Source: Candidatus Hydrogenedentales bacterium (GTDB lineage Bacteria > Hydrogenedentota > Hydrogenedentia > Hydrogenedentales > SLHB01). From it: 26,146 bases of DNA. Location of the stretch: positions 1-26,146 of the forward strand of contig JBHEKO010000649.1 in NCBI GenBank assembly GCA_041859475.1. The letters run 5' to 3'. This document shows, piece after piece, positions 7,584 to 15,277 of this stretch; the first letter of the stretch is position 1; every line of letters starts with the position of its first letter. The notes under the pieces are model-generated. The model made no database searches and was not told the DNA's origin. It saw only the letters and a program-made list of their open reading frames with translations. Both the position numbers and the translations under genes were made by a program.

Positions 7584-9291
7584 TTTGTTGCCATCGGGAA
7601 GTACGGCCATAGTCGTGCTTGCCGCAGCCGTTCTCACAGTGACAATTGCATGCAGTTTCTTCTTACTGCTCATTAGGCGATTCAAGCGGTGCCCCAGCAA
7701 CCGCATCATGGTGATTTACGGTAAGGTGGGCAAAGGCAACACCGCGCGATGCATCCATGGCGGCGCAGCATTCGTGTGGCCGCTGATTCAGGACCACGCG
7801 TTTCTGAGCCTGGAGCCCATACAAATTGAAGTGCCGTTGAAAGACGCGCTGTCCATCGAGAACATTCGCGTCAACGTGCCGAGCGTGTTCACCGTGGCGA
7901 TCGGCACCCACCCGGAGTTGATGACGAATGCCGCGATTCGCTTGCTTGGTCTCGATCTACCGCACGTGAAGAAGCAGGCCGAGGACATCATCTTTGGTCA
8001 GTTGCGGCAAGTGATCGCGTCAATGAGCATCGAGGAAATCAATCGCGACCGCGAGAAATTCTTGCATGCCATCCAGAGTTCGCTGGAACCCGAATTGAAG
8101 AAGATCGGCCTCGTGCTGATCAACGTGAACATCACGGACATCACGGACGAGTCGGGCTACATCGAAGCTATCGGCCAAAAGGCAGCGTCGCAGGCGATTC
8201 AGCAGGCGCGCGGCGACGTGGCCGAGCAGGAGAAGCTAGGCGAGGTTCGTGTGGCCGAGGCCGAGCGCGACAAGCAAGTCCAGGTGGCCGACGCGGCCAA
8301 GCAGCGGAACATCGGTATCCGCACCGCGCAGCAAGAGCAGGCCGTGCGGGTAGCCGAGTTGGGCAAGTTGCAGTCCGTGGGCGAACAGCGCGCGGCATTC
8401 GAGCAAGAGATGGAAGTCAAGAACGCGGACCGGGACAAGCGCATCTCGGTTGCCGATGCCGATGCGACGGCCATCAAGGGCGAAAAGGACGCAGACCGCG
8501 CGAAGCGCATCGCGATCGCCGACGCCAACGCGACGGCCATTCAGGGCGAGAATACGGCGCAGGCCAAAGTCGCGGCATCCAACGCAGAGTTGCAGGTTCG
8601 CAAATCCGAGGCGTATCAGATCGGTGAAACGAAGCAGCGCGAGGCCGAGGCGGCGGTGCTGGAAGCGCAGAATCGGGCCATGGCGCGCGCCGCGTTGGCG
8701 GAGGCCGAACGCATTGAGGCCGAACGGCGCGCCCAACTGGAGGCGCCCGCGAAGGCCCAGAAAGCTCAGATTATCGTCGAAGCCGAGGCGTCCGCCGAAA
8801 AGCGCGTGATCGAGGCGGAAGGCGAAGCGGCGGCGATCTTCGCGCGGCTCGACGCGGAAGCCCGCGGCCAATTGGAGATTCTGGCCAAGAAAGGCGAGGG
8901 CTTGAAGCGAATCATCGACGCGTGCGGCGGGGCCAACGAGGCCTTCCAAATCCTGCTTCTCGAACACCTCGACACACTGGCCAAGACGTCGGCACAAGCC
9001 ATCGCGAACATCAAGTTCGACAAGGTGGTCGTGTGGGAAAATGGCGGGGCGAACGGTTCCAGCGCGACCGGCAATTTCATTCAGGGCATGGCGCGCACCC
9101 TTCCCCCCATGCTTCAAGTCATGCGCGACATCGGCGGCATCGAGCTGCCTGAGTCGTTGATAAAACTTGTGCAGGACCCGGCGGCGGGAGCAAAATCTGG
9201 CCAGGAAGGCCAAGGAATGCCGCCATCCGACAAGTCAGCAACACGGGCTAAGCCGGAGAAACCCTCCGGACAAAGCGGCGAGGGCGTGTAG
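7576..9291 (+). CDS. Flotillin (SPFH/band-7 domain protein, FloT/YqiK-like)
   Basis: N-terminal membrane anchor, an SPFH domain (IEVPLKDALSIENIRVNVPSVFTVAIG...), then a long E/A/R/Q-rich coiled-coil flotillin region with internal repeats (RISVADADATAIKGE / RIAIADANATAIQGE). RBS GGAAGGGAG. Gene order NfeD then flotillin is the canonical operon. Confidence 0.9.
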   Translation: MPSLLPSGSTAIVVLAAAVLTVTIACSFFLLLIRRFKRCPSNRIMVIYGKVGKGNTARCIHGGAAFVWPLIQDHAFLSLEPIQIEVPLKDALSIENIRVNVPSVFTVAIGTHPELMTNAAIRLLGLDLPHVKKQAEDIIFGQLRQVIASMSIEEINRDREKFLHAIQSSLEPELKKIGLVLINVNITDITDESGYIEAIGQKAASQAIQQARGDVAEQEKLGEVRVAEAERDKQVQVADAAKQRNIGIRTAQQEQAVRVAELGKLQSVGEQRAAFEQEMEVKNADRDKRISVADADATAIKGEKDADRAKRIAIADANATAIQGENTAQAKVAASNAELQVRKSEAYQIGETKQREAEAAVLEAQNRAMARAALAEAERIEAERRAQLEAPAKAQKAQIIVEAEASAEKRVIEAEGEAAAIFARLDAEARGQLEILAKKGEGLKRIIDACGGANEAFQILLLEHLDTLAKTSAQAIANIKFDKVVVWENGGANGSSATGNFIQGMARTLPPMLQVMRDIGGIELPESLIKLVQDPAAGAKSGQEGQGMPPSDKSATRAKPEKPSGQSGEGV

Positions 9292-9303
9292 TATAGCGTC
9301 CTG

Positions 9304-9378
9304 GGCTGGCGCCCCATAGACCTGTGAGGGACCTGAGAGCACCCGGATCAGGTTGATGGGACGCCAGCCGTTTTCTTG
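9304..9378 (+). terminator. Long imperfect hairpin followed by a U-rich tract, downstream of the flotillin gene
   Basis: Arms 9304-9324 (GGCTGGCGCCCCATAGACCTG) and 9349-9369 (CAGGTTGATGGGACGCCAGCC): 19 of 21 positions pair (one G-U, two mismatches). 24-nt loop, then GTTTTCTTG at 9370-9378. Lies 13 nt after the flotillin stop. Confidence 0.5.
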
Positions 9379-9455
9379 CCGGGAAGACGCAGAAATAACC
9401 GGCGCGGTTCTCAGTTCGGCCCACTTGGCGTACCAGTGCGAGGATGGAAACGGCA

Positions 9456-10454
9456 ATGCTCACATTCGGTTCCTGCATTTGTTTCATGCTTTCGACATTC
9501 GGCGCGGCGGATAATGCCTCGGCAGGGACCGTCCCAATCATCTACACAACCGATCTCTATCATCCCCATGACGACCCGGACGACCATTACGACCTGGCCA
9601 CACTCTTCGCCATTCCCGAGTTCGACATTCGCGCTATCGTCATCGACTGCGGCGATCGCGGAAAAGACCGGCCCGGCATTCCCCCCTTAAAGCAAATGGC
9701 GGAGCTGACCGGCAAACACGTGCCGTATGCCGTCGGACTGCCGGCAAACCTCGCAAGTCTGGAGGACACTGGAGCCTCGCAGCCCGCCATGGCTCAGGAA
9801 GGGATCAACTTGATCCTGAAAGCCCTGCGCGATTCCGACAAGGCGGTAACAGTCTTCGCGGCGGGCAGTCTGCGGGATGTCGCTGCGGCCTACAACCGGG
9901 AGCCGGACCTGTTCAAACAGAAGGTGTCGCGCATTTATGTGAACGCGGGGAATTCGGGCGGCAAAGAGATCGAGTGGAACGTAACGCTCGACGTTAAGGC
10001 CTATCGGCGCATCATGGAAAGCGGACTGCCGCTGTATTGGGTTCCATGTTTCGGCCCGGAATCGTGGCAATCCTATTGGGTGTTCCGCCAAAACGAAGTC
10101 CTGGACAAAGTGCGGCCCGCGTTGCAGCAATTCTTCATCTATGCCCTTGAAAAGACACCCGTATCCGGTAGCGATCCACTCGCGGCCCTGTCCGCGCCTG
10201 TCACCGATCAAGCGAAGGCCCAGTGGTGGCCCCAGGACCGGAACATGTGGTGCACAGCAGCATTCCTGCACGCTGCTGGACGCAAGGGGAAGACCTACGA
10301 TTTTGCCCCTGCATCGTTCACCATCGAAGCCGACGGAAGAACCTCGCTCGTGGAAAGCGGGCCGGCGAGTGCTCCTACGATCCACGTTCTCGATTCCAAA
10401 GGCTACGCAGCCGAGATGACCACGGCGTTGCAGGAACTGCTGAGCAAGTTGTAG
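9456..10454 (+). CDS. Secreted nucleoside hydrolase-like domain protein
   Basis: Signal peptide (MLTFGSCICFMLSTFGAADNASA). N-terminal Asp cluster TTDLYHPHDDPDDHYDLATLFAI resembles the D-x-D-x-x-x-D-D calcium/ribose-binding motif of the IUNH-like fold. An alternative start ATG exists at 9444; AGGA lies 8 nt upstream of 9456. Confidence 0.6.
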   Translation: MLTFGSCICFMLSTFGAADNASAGTVPIIYTTDLYHPHDDPDDHYDLATLFAIPEFDIRAIVIDCGDRGKDRPGIPPLKQMAELTGKHVPYAVGLPANLASLEDTGASQPAMAQEGINLILKALRDSDKAVTVFAAGSLRDVAAAYNREPDLFKQKVSRIYVNAGNSGGKEIEWNVTLDVKAYRRIMESGLPLYWVPCFGPESWQSYWVFRQNEVLDKVRPALQQFFIYALEKTPVSGSDPLAALSAPVTDQAKAQWWPQDRNMWCTAAFLHAAGRKGKTYDFAPASFTIEADGRTSLVESGPASAPTIHVLDSKGYAAEMTTALQELLSKL

Positions 10455-10483
10455 GTAGAACGGCGTGGGCGTTGGAGTTCCCC

Positions 10484-10504
10484 GGACGTTTCGGCGAAAC
10501 GTCC
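10484..10504. repeat. Perfect palindrome GGACGTTTC-GGC-GAAACGTCC (copy 1 of a repeat family), upstream of tag
   Basis: 9-bp arms with a 3-nt loop, 30 nt after the stop of the upstream gene and 86 nt before the tag ATG. No U-tract. Confidence 0.6.
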
Positions 10505-10590
10505 CTACCAATACAAGAGAGGCGACGCGATGAAGCGACGCTGAAAGATGCGAATCGGGATGGCGACACCGTGACCGCAAGGAGGATTCT

Positions 10591-11157
10591 ATGGTCAGTC
10601 GATGCGATTGGGCTCGTGGCGAGGAGTACATCCTCTATCATGACGAGGAGTGGGGCGTTCCCCTCCACGACGATCGGCTGCTGTTCGAATTCCTGATTCT
10701 CGACGGTGCGCAGGCGGGACTCAGTTGGTTGACGATCCTAAAAAAGCGTCCGGCGTATCGGGAACTCTTTGCCAACTTCGATCCCCAAAAGGTAGCTCGC
10801 TTCGACGCGAAGCGGATTGAACTCCTCCTTACCGATGCGCGGATCGTGCGAAACCGGGCAAAGGTAGAGTCAGCCGTATCGAACGCCAAAGCCTTCCTGG
10901 CCGTGCAAAAGGAATTCGGGTCGTTCGACGCCTACATTTGGCAATTCGTCGGGGGCGAGCCCAAGGTTAACGCTTGGAAAACGCTGAAGGATATCCCCGC
11001 GCACACGCCCGAGTCCGATGCCATGAGCAAAGACCTCAAGAAGCGCGGCTTCAAATTCGTGGGGTCCACGATCTGCTATGCATTCATGCAGGCCGCGGGC
11101 ATGGTCAACGACCACGTCGTGACCTGCTTCCGCTACCGTGAAGTAGGCAAACGGTAG
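10591..11157 (+). CDS. tag: DNA-3-methyladenine glycosylase I
   Basis: Near-colinear with E. coli Tag: YHDEEWGVP, GAQAGLSWLTILKKR, KRGFKFVGSTICYAFMQAAGMVNDH, and a C-terminal C/H zinc site. Strong RBS AGGAGG. Confidence 0.93.
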   Translation: MVSRCDWARGEEYILYHDEEWGVPLHDDRLLFEFLILDGAQAGLSWLTILKKRPAYRELFANFDPQKVARFDAKRIELLLTDARIVRNRAKVESAVSNAKAFLAVQKEFGSFDAYIWQFVGGEPKVNAWKTLKDIPAHTPESDAMSKDLKKRGFKFVGSTICYAFMQAAGMVNDHVVTCFRYREVGKR

Positions 11158-11172
11158 CCGCCAAAAGCAACG

Positions 11173-11201
11173 CCAGGAACGCTTCGGCGAAACGTTCCTG
11201 G
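11173..11201. repeat. Palindrome CCAGGAACGCTTCGGCGAAACGTTCCTGG (copy 2, same core TTCGGCGAAACGT), downstream of tag between convergent genes
   Basis: Arms CCAGGAACG and CGTTCCTGG are exact reverse complements; the inner stem extends with one mismatch. Shares the core and some flank similarity with copy 1. Lies 16 nt after the tag stop. Confidence 0.6.
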
Positions 11202-11243
11202 CAATCGCGCGGGAATTGACTATTTCGGTTAACCGGTGTGGGA

Positions 11244-12059
11244 CTATTTCGGGGCCTGGTAGAGCGTGATGTCGTTCTGCACGCTGGTCACGCCGAGAAT
11301 GCTCATGGCCAAGCTGCCGGCCAACTCCTTTTGCTTGGGAGAATCCACGATGCCCGTGAGAATGCAAAGGCCATTCATGACCTTCACGTTGAGATCGCGT
11401 ACGCTAATGTACTTGTTCACCAAGAGAGCTGCCTGCACCCGTTTTTCGACCCATTCGTCCGAGGCGGTACGCGCCACATCCGTGACGATGTCGGTCTTCT
11501 CTTTGGGTTGGACGGTGAGGTCGTTCGTCACGGACGTAACGCCCTTCGTTTCGCGGACAACCTCCTCGATGTGCTGCTTTTCGAGATCGTTTCCGACCAC
11601 GCCGTACAAGTTGACGACGCCGCCTTCGCAGCGCACGCCAATCTTGATCCCCTTCAGCTCCTTGTTGTAGAGAAGCCTGGTCCGAATCGTCGCGGTCAGA
11701 GTGCTATCGTCCACCTTCTCCCGCCAGGAGCGCTGCGTACGCTCCGAAACGACAGTCCCGACAACCGTGATGTTGTTGACGACGTCCTTGACTCCCTCGA
11801 CAGATCGCGCGAGATCGCCCGCGAGATCCTTTTGAATGTCGTCGGCAACGCTGCCAGTAAGCGTGACCACGCCTTTCGACGTAGTCGTATTGATGTTGAA
11901 TGGGCTCAGATGCTCATTGAGCAAGAACAAGCCTTCGATTCGTCCCGTGACGGTCGCGTCTTCGACGGCCTTTGGGGCCTGCGCCTGTTGAGCGCCCGCG
12001 GATGCACACGCAGCAACAAAGCAGAAGAAAGCGGCCAAACTTGAACTGGATTGTCGCAT
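11244..12059 (-). CDS. Periplasmic BON-domain protein (OsmY-like, three BON repeats)
   Basis: Signal peptide (MRQSSSSLAAFFCFVAACASAGA). Three repeats of the BON pattern (V.V.V.NG.V.L.G.V), e.g. KGVVTLTGSV, GGVVNLYGVV, NGLCILTGIV. Confidence 0.8.
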   Translation of the reverse strand: MRQSSSSLAAFFCFVAACASAGAQQAQAPKAVEDATVTGRIEGLFLLNEHLSPFNINTTTSKGVVTLTGSVADDIQKDLAGDLARSVEGVKDVVNNITVVGTVVSERTQRSWREKVDDSTLTATIRTRLLYNKELKGIKIGVRCEGGVVNLYGVVGNDLEKQHIEEVVRETKGVTSVTNDLTVQPKEKTDIVTDVARTASDEWVEKRVQAALLVNKYISVRDLNVKVMNGLCILTGIVDSPKQKELAGSLAMSILGVTSVQNDITLYQAPK

Positions 12060-12070
12060 GGTAAACCTCC

Positions 12071-13021
12071 CTAGAGTAGGCCGACCTGCTTCAACTCGTC
12101 TATCCCGGTGCGAACTTCCTGGGCGGACTTGTGAAGCGCGGCCAGTTGCTCGTCCTTTAGCTTCAATTCAATGATGCCTTCAACGCCGTCCTTGCCCAAT
12201 TTACACGGCACGCCCGCATAGACATCGGTCAACCCGTACTCGCCTTGAAGGTAAGCGGCGCAAGGAAGAATCTGGTGCTCGTCGCGCAGCACGGTCTCGC
12301 ACATGCGGGCGGCGCTGGCGCCGGGTGCGTAATACGCACTGCCGGTCTTCAACAACGATACAATCTCTCCGCCGCCCTTGCGCGTGCGTTCCATGATTGC
12401 GTCGACGCGATCCTGGGGCATCAACTGGGTGATGGGAATGCCCGATACTGTCGTATACTCCGGCAACGGGACCATATCGTCGCCGTGCGAACCCAACACC
12501 ATCGTGTCGACGCTCTCCATGCTTACGTCGAGCTCTTTGGCTACGAACGCGCGCATGCGTGCGCTATCCAGCACACCGGCCATGCCCAGCACGCGATTGG
12601 GCGGAAACTCAAGTTTCTTGAGGGCGAGGTAACACATGACATCGAGCGGGTTGGTCACAATAATGACAACGCTCTCGGGCGCGTATTTCTTGATTCCCTC
12701 GCAGACGCTGCAGATGATGCGCCCGTTCTTTTCGAGGAGGTCGAGACGGGTCATGCCTGGCTTGCGCGGCAGACCGGCGGTCACCACGCAGACTTCGACA
12801 TCGGCGATGTCTTTATAATCGTTCGTGCCCATCGTGTGGCAACTGTAACGGCGGACAGGCCCAGCCTGGAGCAAGTCGAGGGCCTTTCCCTGCGGCATAC
12901 CCTCAACCACGTCCGTGAGGACTACGTCGCCCAACTCCATGTCCAAACAGTACTGCGCGGCTGTCGAGCCCACGTTACCGGCGCCAATGCATGCGATTTT
13001 GAAACGACTACCAATAGACAT
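12071..13021 (-). CDS. mdh: Malate dehydrogenase (LDH-like NAD-dependent MDH)
   Basis: KIACIGAGNVGSTAA NAD-binding motif. VTAGLPRKPGMTRLDLL has the substrate-specificity Arg of MDHs rather than the Gln of LDHs. IVTNPLD and the catalytic-His region (GSHGD) are present. About 315 aa. Confidence 0.92.
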   Translation of the reverse strand: MSIGSRFKIACIGAGNVGSTAAQYCLDMELGDVVLTDVVEGMPQGKALDLLQAGPVRRYSCHTMGTNDYKDIADVEVCVVTAGLPRKPGMTRLDLLEKNGRIICSVCEGIKKYAPESVVIIVTNPLDVMCYLALKKLEFPPNRVLGMAGVLDSARMRAFVAKELDVSMESVDTMVLGSHGDDMVPLPEYTTVSGIPITQLMPQDRVDAIMERTRKGGGEIVSLLKTGSAYYAPGASAARMCETVLRDEHQILPCAAYLQGEYGLTDVYAGVPCKLGKDGVEGIIELKLKDEQLAALHKSAQEVRTGIDELKQVGLL

Positions 13022-13115
13022 GACTTGCCTCCAAAAAGTTAACCTGGTACCCGGACAGTGACTGAATTATATCCTAGAATAGCGCCAATTCCAATCGTGT
13101 CCCGGAACACGTACT

Positions 13116-13655
13116 ATGGCGGCCCCGCATGGAGCGGGCGCAAAGGACATGCACATGCCGGAACCAACCAACTTCTGCTATGAACACCCGTGGGGCCCTA
13201 TTTACGGCTGGTTCTCCGTGCGCGGACTATATCGGCTGGAGCTTCCGAGACAGGATATGCCCCGCGAACGAAGGAGCCTATTGCACTCTTCCGTGAACGA
13301 CGGCAGGGTGTGGACACTGAATGCGGCACTCGAACGTTACTTCTCGGGTCAATCCGAGGCGTTCGGCGACATCCTCTTGGACATCGAGGATGCCACGCCC
13401 TTTCAACAAGAAGTCTGGGAAACGGCCCGGTCAATCTGCTGGGGGCAGACTTCGACGTACGGCAGTCTCGCGGAAGCGATGGGCAAACCGAAAAGCGCCG
13501 CACGCGCGGTCGGTCACGCCCTGGGCCAAAACCGGATCGCCATCCTCATCCCCTGCCACCGTTTCTTGGCATCCAACGGTAAGCTGTACGGATTCGCCGC
13601 AGGGCTGGAGTGGAAGCAGGAACTCATCCGCCTCGAAGGCGGGTTGCTGGCGTAA
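13116..13655 (+). CDS. ogt: Methylated-DNA-[protein]-cysteine S-methyltransferase (O6-alkylguanine-DNA alkyltransferase)
   Basis: C-terminal domain TPFQQEVWETARSICWGQTSTYGSLAE...AVGHALGQNRIAILIPCHRF has the PCHR active-site cysteine motif. The exact start is uncertain (ATG at 13116, 13149 or 13155). Confidence 0.85.
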   Translation: MAAPHGAGAKDMHMPEPTNFCYEHPWGPIYGWFSVRGLYRLELPRQDMPRERRSLLHSSVNDGRVWTLNAALERYFSGQSEAFGDILLDIEDATPFQQEVWETARSICWGQTSTYGSLAEAMGKPKSAARAVGHALGQNRIAILIPCHRFLASNGKLYGFAAGLEWKQELIRLEGGLLA

Positions 13656-13676
13656 GCCGGATTTCCGCGACCACGA

Positions 13677-14498
13677 CTAAGTTGCAGACTGCTGCCCCAG
13701 CGGCCCGTCCAGTTCGGCTTCGTACTCGGCACACACATGCGCCAGCTCGCCCAAGACATCGGTAAGCGGATCGTCCTTCTCTCCGCAGAATCCGAGGTGC
13801 AAGTGTCGCCGCCATCCTTCGGCATGCGTGAAAACGCGCGACATGCGCCCGACTTGCTCGGCCATGCGATCCATGGCGATTAGATAGCTGTCGAGTCCCT
13901 GGCTTACGTCAAGCCATATCTTCTGGCTCAGGTGACAGGCCAACGCATCGCGTTTCAACTTCAACACGGAGGCGATATTCACGTAGCACCCGGCGCTGAT
14001 TGCCCGCCGGAGCGGATCGCGCAGCCCCCACGGCAGCGCGTGATAGATGGTCACCGAGCCTCCCCACGGGCTTCGCGGCGGGTCGGTGACGTAATTGAAC
14101 ATGCCTCTGAAGAACGCGGCGGACACCGACAGCCGGCACGCGTTCGTGTGATCCTCCATGTAATCTTGCGGGGACTGTACAAGCATGATGCGGGGCTTGA
14201 CCTCGCGAATAACGGCCCCGACCTTGCGCGGAAGCGTGCGGTCATAATAGACATCAAGGTCGTCGACCAACGGCTCGTGGAACGTCGCGCCGAGCATTGC
14301 CGCCGCTGCCCGTGACTCTTCGGTGCGGCGTGCAATAATGGACTCGCGCGTCTCGGAATCCGTGCCCATCGACCCGTTGGCGATGTTCATGTAGTGAAGT
14401 TCCAAGCCGGCCTTCCCCAACAGGGCGAAGGTGCCTCCCATCATGAGTTCGATATCGTCGGGGTGAGAGGCGATGGCGAGAGCGGTTTCGTTAGGCAT
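13677..14498 (-). CDS. PIG-L/LmbE family N-acetylglucosaminyl deacetylase
   Basis: N-terminal signature AIASHPDDIELMMGGT (AHPDDE zinc-binding motif) plus conserved His/Asp downstream. Its start ATG overlaps the stop of the upstream ThuA-like gene (TAATG). RBS AAAAGGAAAG. Confidence 0.8.
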   Translation of the reverse strand: MPNETALAIASHPDDIELMMGGTFALLGKAGLELHYMNIANGSMGTDSETRESIIARRTEESRAAAAMLGATFHEPLVDDLDVYYDRTLPRKVGAVIREVKPRIMLVQSPQDYMEDHTNACRLSVSAAFFRGMFNYVTDPPRSPWGGSVTIYHALPWGLRDPLRRAISAGCYVNIASVLKLKRDALACHLSQKIWLDVSQGLDSYLIAMDRMAEQVGRMSRVFTHAEGWRRHLHLGFCGEKDDPLTDVLGELAHVCAEYEAELDGPLGQQSAT

Positions 14499-15196
14499 TA
14501 CGGTGTGCTTTCCTTTTCAATGAGACGCTGCGTTGCGAGCCATTCGATGGCTTGACCTATGAGTTGGCGAAAGGCGGGATGGGTATATGACTGCTCGTCG
14601 TGGCCGGACTGAATACAGCATACGGGCGACTTCAGGTGCCTTCTGGTCCATGCGAGCACTTTCATGCTTTCGGGATGGTTTGTGGTCAAGAGAATCTCGT
14701 CCGCATCGAAGGGGTCGCTCATCGCGTACGTCTCATCCTGCATGACCCAGTCTTCGAGACCTTTTACGATGGGATGGTCCGGCGCGGCAACATGAATAGG
14801 CACTGTCTCTCCCAGGCGATACCCCTGAAACGTCCTCGGATCGACGCCGCTAATCGCGCGCCACACCGCCCACTCGGGATAGGCTACGATGGCGTGATGG
14901 AGCAGCAGCATCCCCTGCGGCCTGCTGCCCAAGGACTCGATAGCCGCCTTAATCGGCTGCGCAAACCACGGTTCTTCCCCCGTGGGTGTCACCTTGTGCA
15001 TATGGTAGAAAACAACCACGTCATAACTGTCGCGCGCCTCGCCAACGTTCGCCGCGAAGTCTTCGAGGTGTTGCGGGTAACAGTCCACATCGTGAAGGCT
15101 TCGAAACAAGCCGTGCAGTGCGGGCACGTCAAAAGGGTGGCCGCCCGTTACCAAGGCAACGCGAACCGGGCGTTTGTGTTGTGTTGCGAATGTCAT
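14498..15196 (-). CDS. ThuA-like / class-I glutamine-amidotransferase-like fold protein (function uncertain)
   Basis: Start moved to the ATG (MTFATQHKRPVRVALVTGGHPFD), which has RBS AAAGGA 6 nt upstream. The ORF-track TTG extension has no support. Motifs GGH..D, LLLHHA and QDETY are reminiscent of the ThuA family. Confidence 0.5.
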   Translation of the reverse strand: MTFATQHKRPVRVALVTGGHPFDVPALHGLFRSLHDVDCYPQHLEDFAANVGEARDSYDVVVFYHMHKVTPTGEEPWFAQPIKAAIESLGSRPQGMLLLHHAIVAYPEWAVWRAISGVDPRTFQGYRLGETVPIHVAAPDHPIVKGLEDWVMQDETYAMSDPFDADEILLTTNHPESMKVLAWTRRHLKSPVCCIQSGHDEQSYTHPAFRQLIGQAIEWLATQRLIEKESTP

Positions 15197-15277
15197 CCTC
15201 GTCCTTTCGGATACGGCACCATGATGCCTCGTATGGTATAGTCCGCGCAAAATGGGCCATTGGAGGTTCGAAGCCGC

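Noticed and set aside
8236-9213. 325-aa minus-strand ORF (and 8199..8540, 8766..9080) antisense to the flotillin gene
   Set aside because: R/L/G-rich low-complexity translation produced by the GC-rich, repeat-rich flotillin coding sequence read in reverse. No RBS and no recognisable domain, while the plus-strand product is an unambiguous SPFH/flotillin.
9687-10631. 314-aa minus-strand ORF overlapping the nucleoside-hydrolase-like gene
   Set aside because: Arg/Pro-rich and domain-less, a typical high-GC antisense shadow ORF. The plus-strand frame has a signal peptide and a coherent Asp-cluster motif.
11218-11252. Direct repeat GACTATTTCGG x2 separated by the CGGTTAACCG palindrome near the BON-gene stop
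   Set aside because: The second copy lies inside the BON coding sequence at its stop codon. An 11-mer repeated once in an intergenic region is within chance expectation, and there is no flanking structure suggestive of a mobile element.
11238-12059. 268-aa plus-strand ORF antisense to the BON-domain gene
   Set aside because: The minus strand has a signal peptide and three clear BON repeats. The plus frame has no features and no RBS.
12245-13042. 265-aa plus-strand ORF antisense to mdh
   Set aside because: mdh is unambiguous. The antisense product is His/Arg-rich with no motif.
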